DNA of 26,052 nt from Fibrobacterales bacterium (GTDB taxonomy: Bacteria; Fibrobacterota; Fibrobacteria; Fibrobacterales; JAOPTW01): contig JAOPTX010000035.1 of assembly GCA_051532055.1 (NCBI GenBank), positions 55,279 through 81,330 on the forward strand. Reading direction: 5' to 3'. The translations under genes and the position numbers were made by a program. The stretch's first letter is position 1. Every line of letters begins with the position of its first letter. Shown here one piece after another: positions 24,449-26,052 of this stretch. Below the pieces are notes generated by a model. That model did no database searches, was not told where the DNA came from, and saw nothing but the letters and a program-made list of their open reading frames with translations.

Positions 24449-25189
24449 ATGACTACAATAAATGTTCAAGATAAAATAGCGCTCGTAACAGGAGCAAATA
24501 GAGGAATTGGGCGAGCAATCGTAATAGAACTTGTGAAACAGGGGGCGCTAAAAGTGTATGCTGCGGCTCGTGATAGTTCAAAGCTTGCGGGGCTTGTAGG
24601 TGAGCTTGGTGATAGAGTCGTTCCACTACAGTTGGATGTAACTAATGACGCTATGATTAAGGTTGCGGTTGAAGAGGCGGGGGACATCGATATCCTTATT
24701 AATAATGCTGGAGTATTTGCGCCGGGTAATTTTACTCAAGGTGGGGTTGTAGAAGGATTAACCGATAATTTTGCCGTTAATGTTTTTGGTGTGGCAAAAC
24801 TTATTGAAGCGTATTTGCCTAATTTAAAAAAGAGAGAGGCTGCGGCTGTAGTGACCGTTTCTTCGATGGTTGGGCTCGCAAGTATGCCTATGGGGCTTTC
24901 TTATTCCGCCTCTAAGGCAGCGGCACACAGTATTATTCAAGGATTACGCGGAGAGGTTAAAGATTCGAATATATTAGTTGCTGGTGTGTATCCGGGGCCG
25001 ATTGATACCGATATGATTCGTGATTTTCCTATGGAAAAAGATACTCCTGAGAATGTTGCAGCAGCAGTCGTTCAAGGTATTAATAGTGGTACAGAAGATA
25101 TATTTCCCGATGCAATGGCCGCCCAGGCTGGTGCTGCTTATTTGGCATCGCCCAAAGCTGCCGAAGAGATGTTTGCAACATTTGTATAG
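24449..25189 (+). CDS. Short-chain dehydrogenase/reductase (SDR)
   Basis: AAGGAG RBS; TGANRGIG, NNAG, catalytic S and YSASK, PGPIDTDM. Confidence 0.95.
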   Translation: MTTINVQDKIALVTGANRGIGRAIVIELVKQGALKVYAAARDSSKLAGLVGELGDRVVPLQLDVTNDAMIKVAVEEAGDIDILINNAGVFAPGNFTQGGVVEGLTDNFAVNVFGVAKLIEAYLPNLKKREAAAVVTVSSMVGLASMPMGLSYSASKAAAHSIIQGLRGEVKDSNILVAGVYPGPIDTDMIRDFPMEKDTPENVAAAVVQGINSGTEDIFPDAMAAQAGAAYLASPKAAEEMFATFV

Positions 25190-25217
25190 CTGACTAAAAT
25201 TGATACAATTGTTCTTA

Positions 25218-25249
25218 AGTTAAGCCTATTCAAAAGAATGGGCTTAACT
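25218..25249 (+). terminator. Stem-loop after the SDR gene (terminator-like, weak U-tract)
   Basis: AGTTAAGCCTATTC-AAAA-GAATGGGCTTAACT, 14 bp with one G-U. Confidence 0.55.
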
Positions 25250-25305
25250 GGTATAACTCTTTTCTGATCTATTAGAATATGCTTTAAAATCCTACATTAA
25301 CTCTT

Positions 25306-25875
25306 ATGACAGAAAAAGAAATTATCAGTGGTTTTTCAATACTTCTCACATTTATAGGGTATGCACCTTACATTAAGTGGGTAATAACTCGTCAGGTTCG
25401 GGCTCATCTCTTCTCTTGGGTAATTTGGTCTATTACTACTTGTATTGTATTTGTGGCTCAGGTTGAAGGTGATGGTGGGGCGGGTGCGTGGCCTACTGGT
25501 GTTGGAGGGCTTATTACCGTTATTATAGCGGTGCTTGCATATGTTAAAGGGAGAGACCATTCAGCTACAGCTGTCGATAAAATATTTTTAATCGGTGCTC
25601 TTTCATCACTCCCTCTTTGGTATGCGACTAATGATCCCTTATGGGCTGTAATAATACTGACAAGTGTTGACCTTTTCGGATTTGGGCCGACGATCAGGCA
25701 GGCTTATGATCATCCTAAAGAAGAATCGGTCACTTTTTTTGGAATCTTTGTAGCGCGTAATCTCTTATCACTTTTTGCTTTAGAGTATTATTCTGTTACT
25801 ACTGTACTCTTTCCTGTGGCAACAGGAGTGGCTTGTCTTGTGCTTATTGGGGTGGTTCTTGTGAGGCGAAAGTAA
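25306..25875 (+). CDS. Hypothetical integral membrane protein with duplicated PQ-loop-like halves
   Basis: About 7 hydrophobic helices; GYAPYIK...SWVIW and GFGPTIRQAYDHPKEES show an internal repeat pattern. Confidence 0.75.
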   Translation: MTEKEIISGFSILLTFIGYAPYIKWVITRQVRAHLFSWVIWSITTCIVFVAQVEGDGGAGAWPTGVGGLITVIIAVLAYVKGRDHSATAVDKIFLIGALSSLPLWYATNDPLWAVIILTSVDLFGFGPTIRQAYDHPKEESVTFFGIFVARNLLSLFALEYYSVTTVLFPVATGVACLVLIGVVLVRRK

Positions 25876-25891
25876 TAACGTTATTATTCTC

Positions 25892-25932
25892 AATAAAAAA
25901 GCCTCATTCAGATTGAATGAGGCTTTTTTATT
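25892..25932. terminator. Bidirectional intrinsic terminator
   Basis: AATAAAAAAGCCTCATTCA-GAT-TGAATGAGGCTTTTTTATT perfect inverted repeat between convergent genes. Confidence 0.9.
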
Positions 25933-25972
25933 TTTTGAATTATTTAAAACTACTTAATTAACTCGGTATGAA

Positions 25973-26052
25973 TTATGCTGGCTCAAGCTCGAGCATGTCC
26001 TCAAGATCTGCTTTTGCAGAGTTTCCAATTAGTTTAAGATCAAAGTTAGCAA
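25973..26052 (-). CDS. 3' end of a gene running in from the right edge; possibly hybrid-cluster protein (hydroxylamine reductase)
   Basis: Frame reads ANFDLKLIGNSAKADLEDMLELEPA* and ends before the bidirectional terminator. It loosely resembles Hcp C-termini (xxFxIKPIxxxxxDLxxML); only 25 aa are visible. Confidence 0.4.
   Translation of the reverse strand, partial: ANFDLKLIGNSAKADLEDMLELEPA

Noticed and set aside
1..26052. CRISPR arrays, tRNA/rRNA, IS/transposase/integrase, phage or known defence genes
   Set aside because: No regularly spaced direct repeats, RNA gene signatures or such protein motifs were seen.

Overview
AT-rich bacterial chromosomal window. The organism is probably a diderm polysaccharide degrader of the Fibrobacterota type; this is inferred from Ser-rich lipoprotein linkers, T9SS-like C-terminal domains and a Fibrobacter-type circularly permuted GH16. 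Positions ~1.3-18.3 kb form a loose beta-glucan-degradation region: two convergent paralogous GH3 exo-beta-glucosidases (one a lipoprotein, one a ~1720-aa multimodular enzyme), a GH16-CBM13 lichenase-like protein, several small lipoproteins and membrane proteins, and a PAS-HisKA-HATPase-REC3-Hpt hybrid kinase. Positions 18.7-26 kb carry an SRPBCC protein, an RND permease plus TolC with no adaptor gene, a MarR regulator with visible operators, an SDR oxidoreductase and a membrane protein. The most notable unannotated signals are: (i) four copies of an 18-bp TGTAAA-N6-TTTACA palindrome (TyrR/PhhR-box-like) upstream of both GH3 genes and both genes between them, three at an identical distance from a -10-like hexamer; (ii) strand-specific structured RNA candidates at 4951-5039, 15675-15750 and ~16460-16588; (iii) a GH16 whose catalytic motif reads EIGLE instead of ExDxE; (iv) a small protein that is almost only a T9SS-like CTD. 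No CRISPR array, rRNA, tRNA or mobile element was seen. All family calls are by-eye motif recognition, not database searches.
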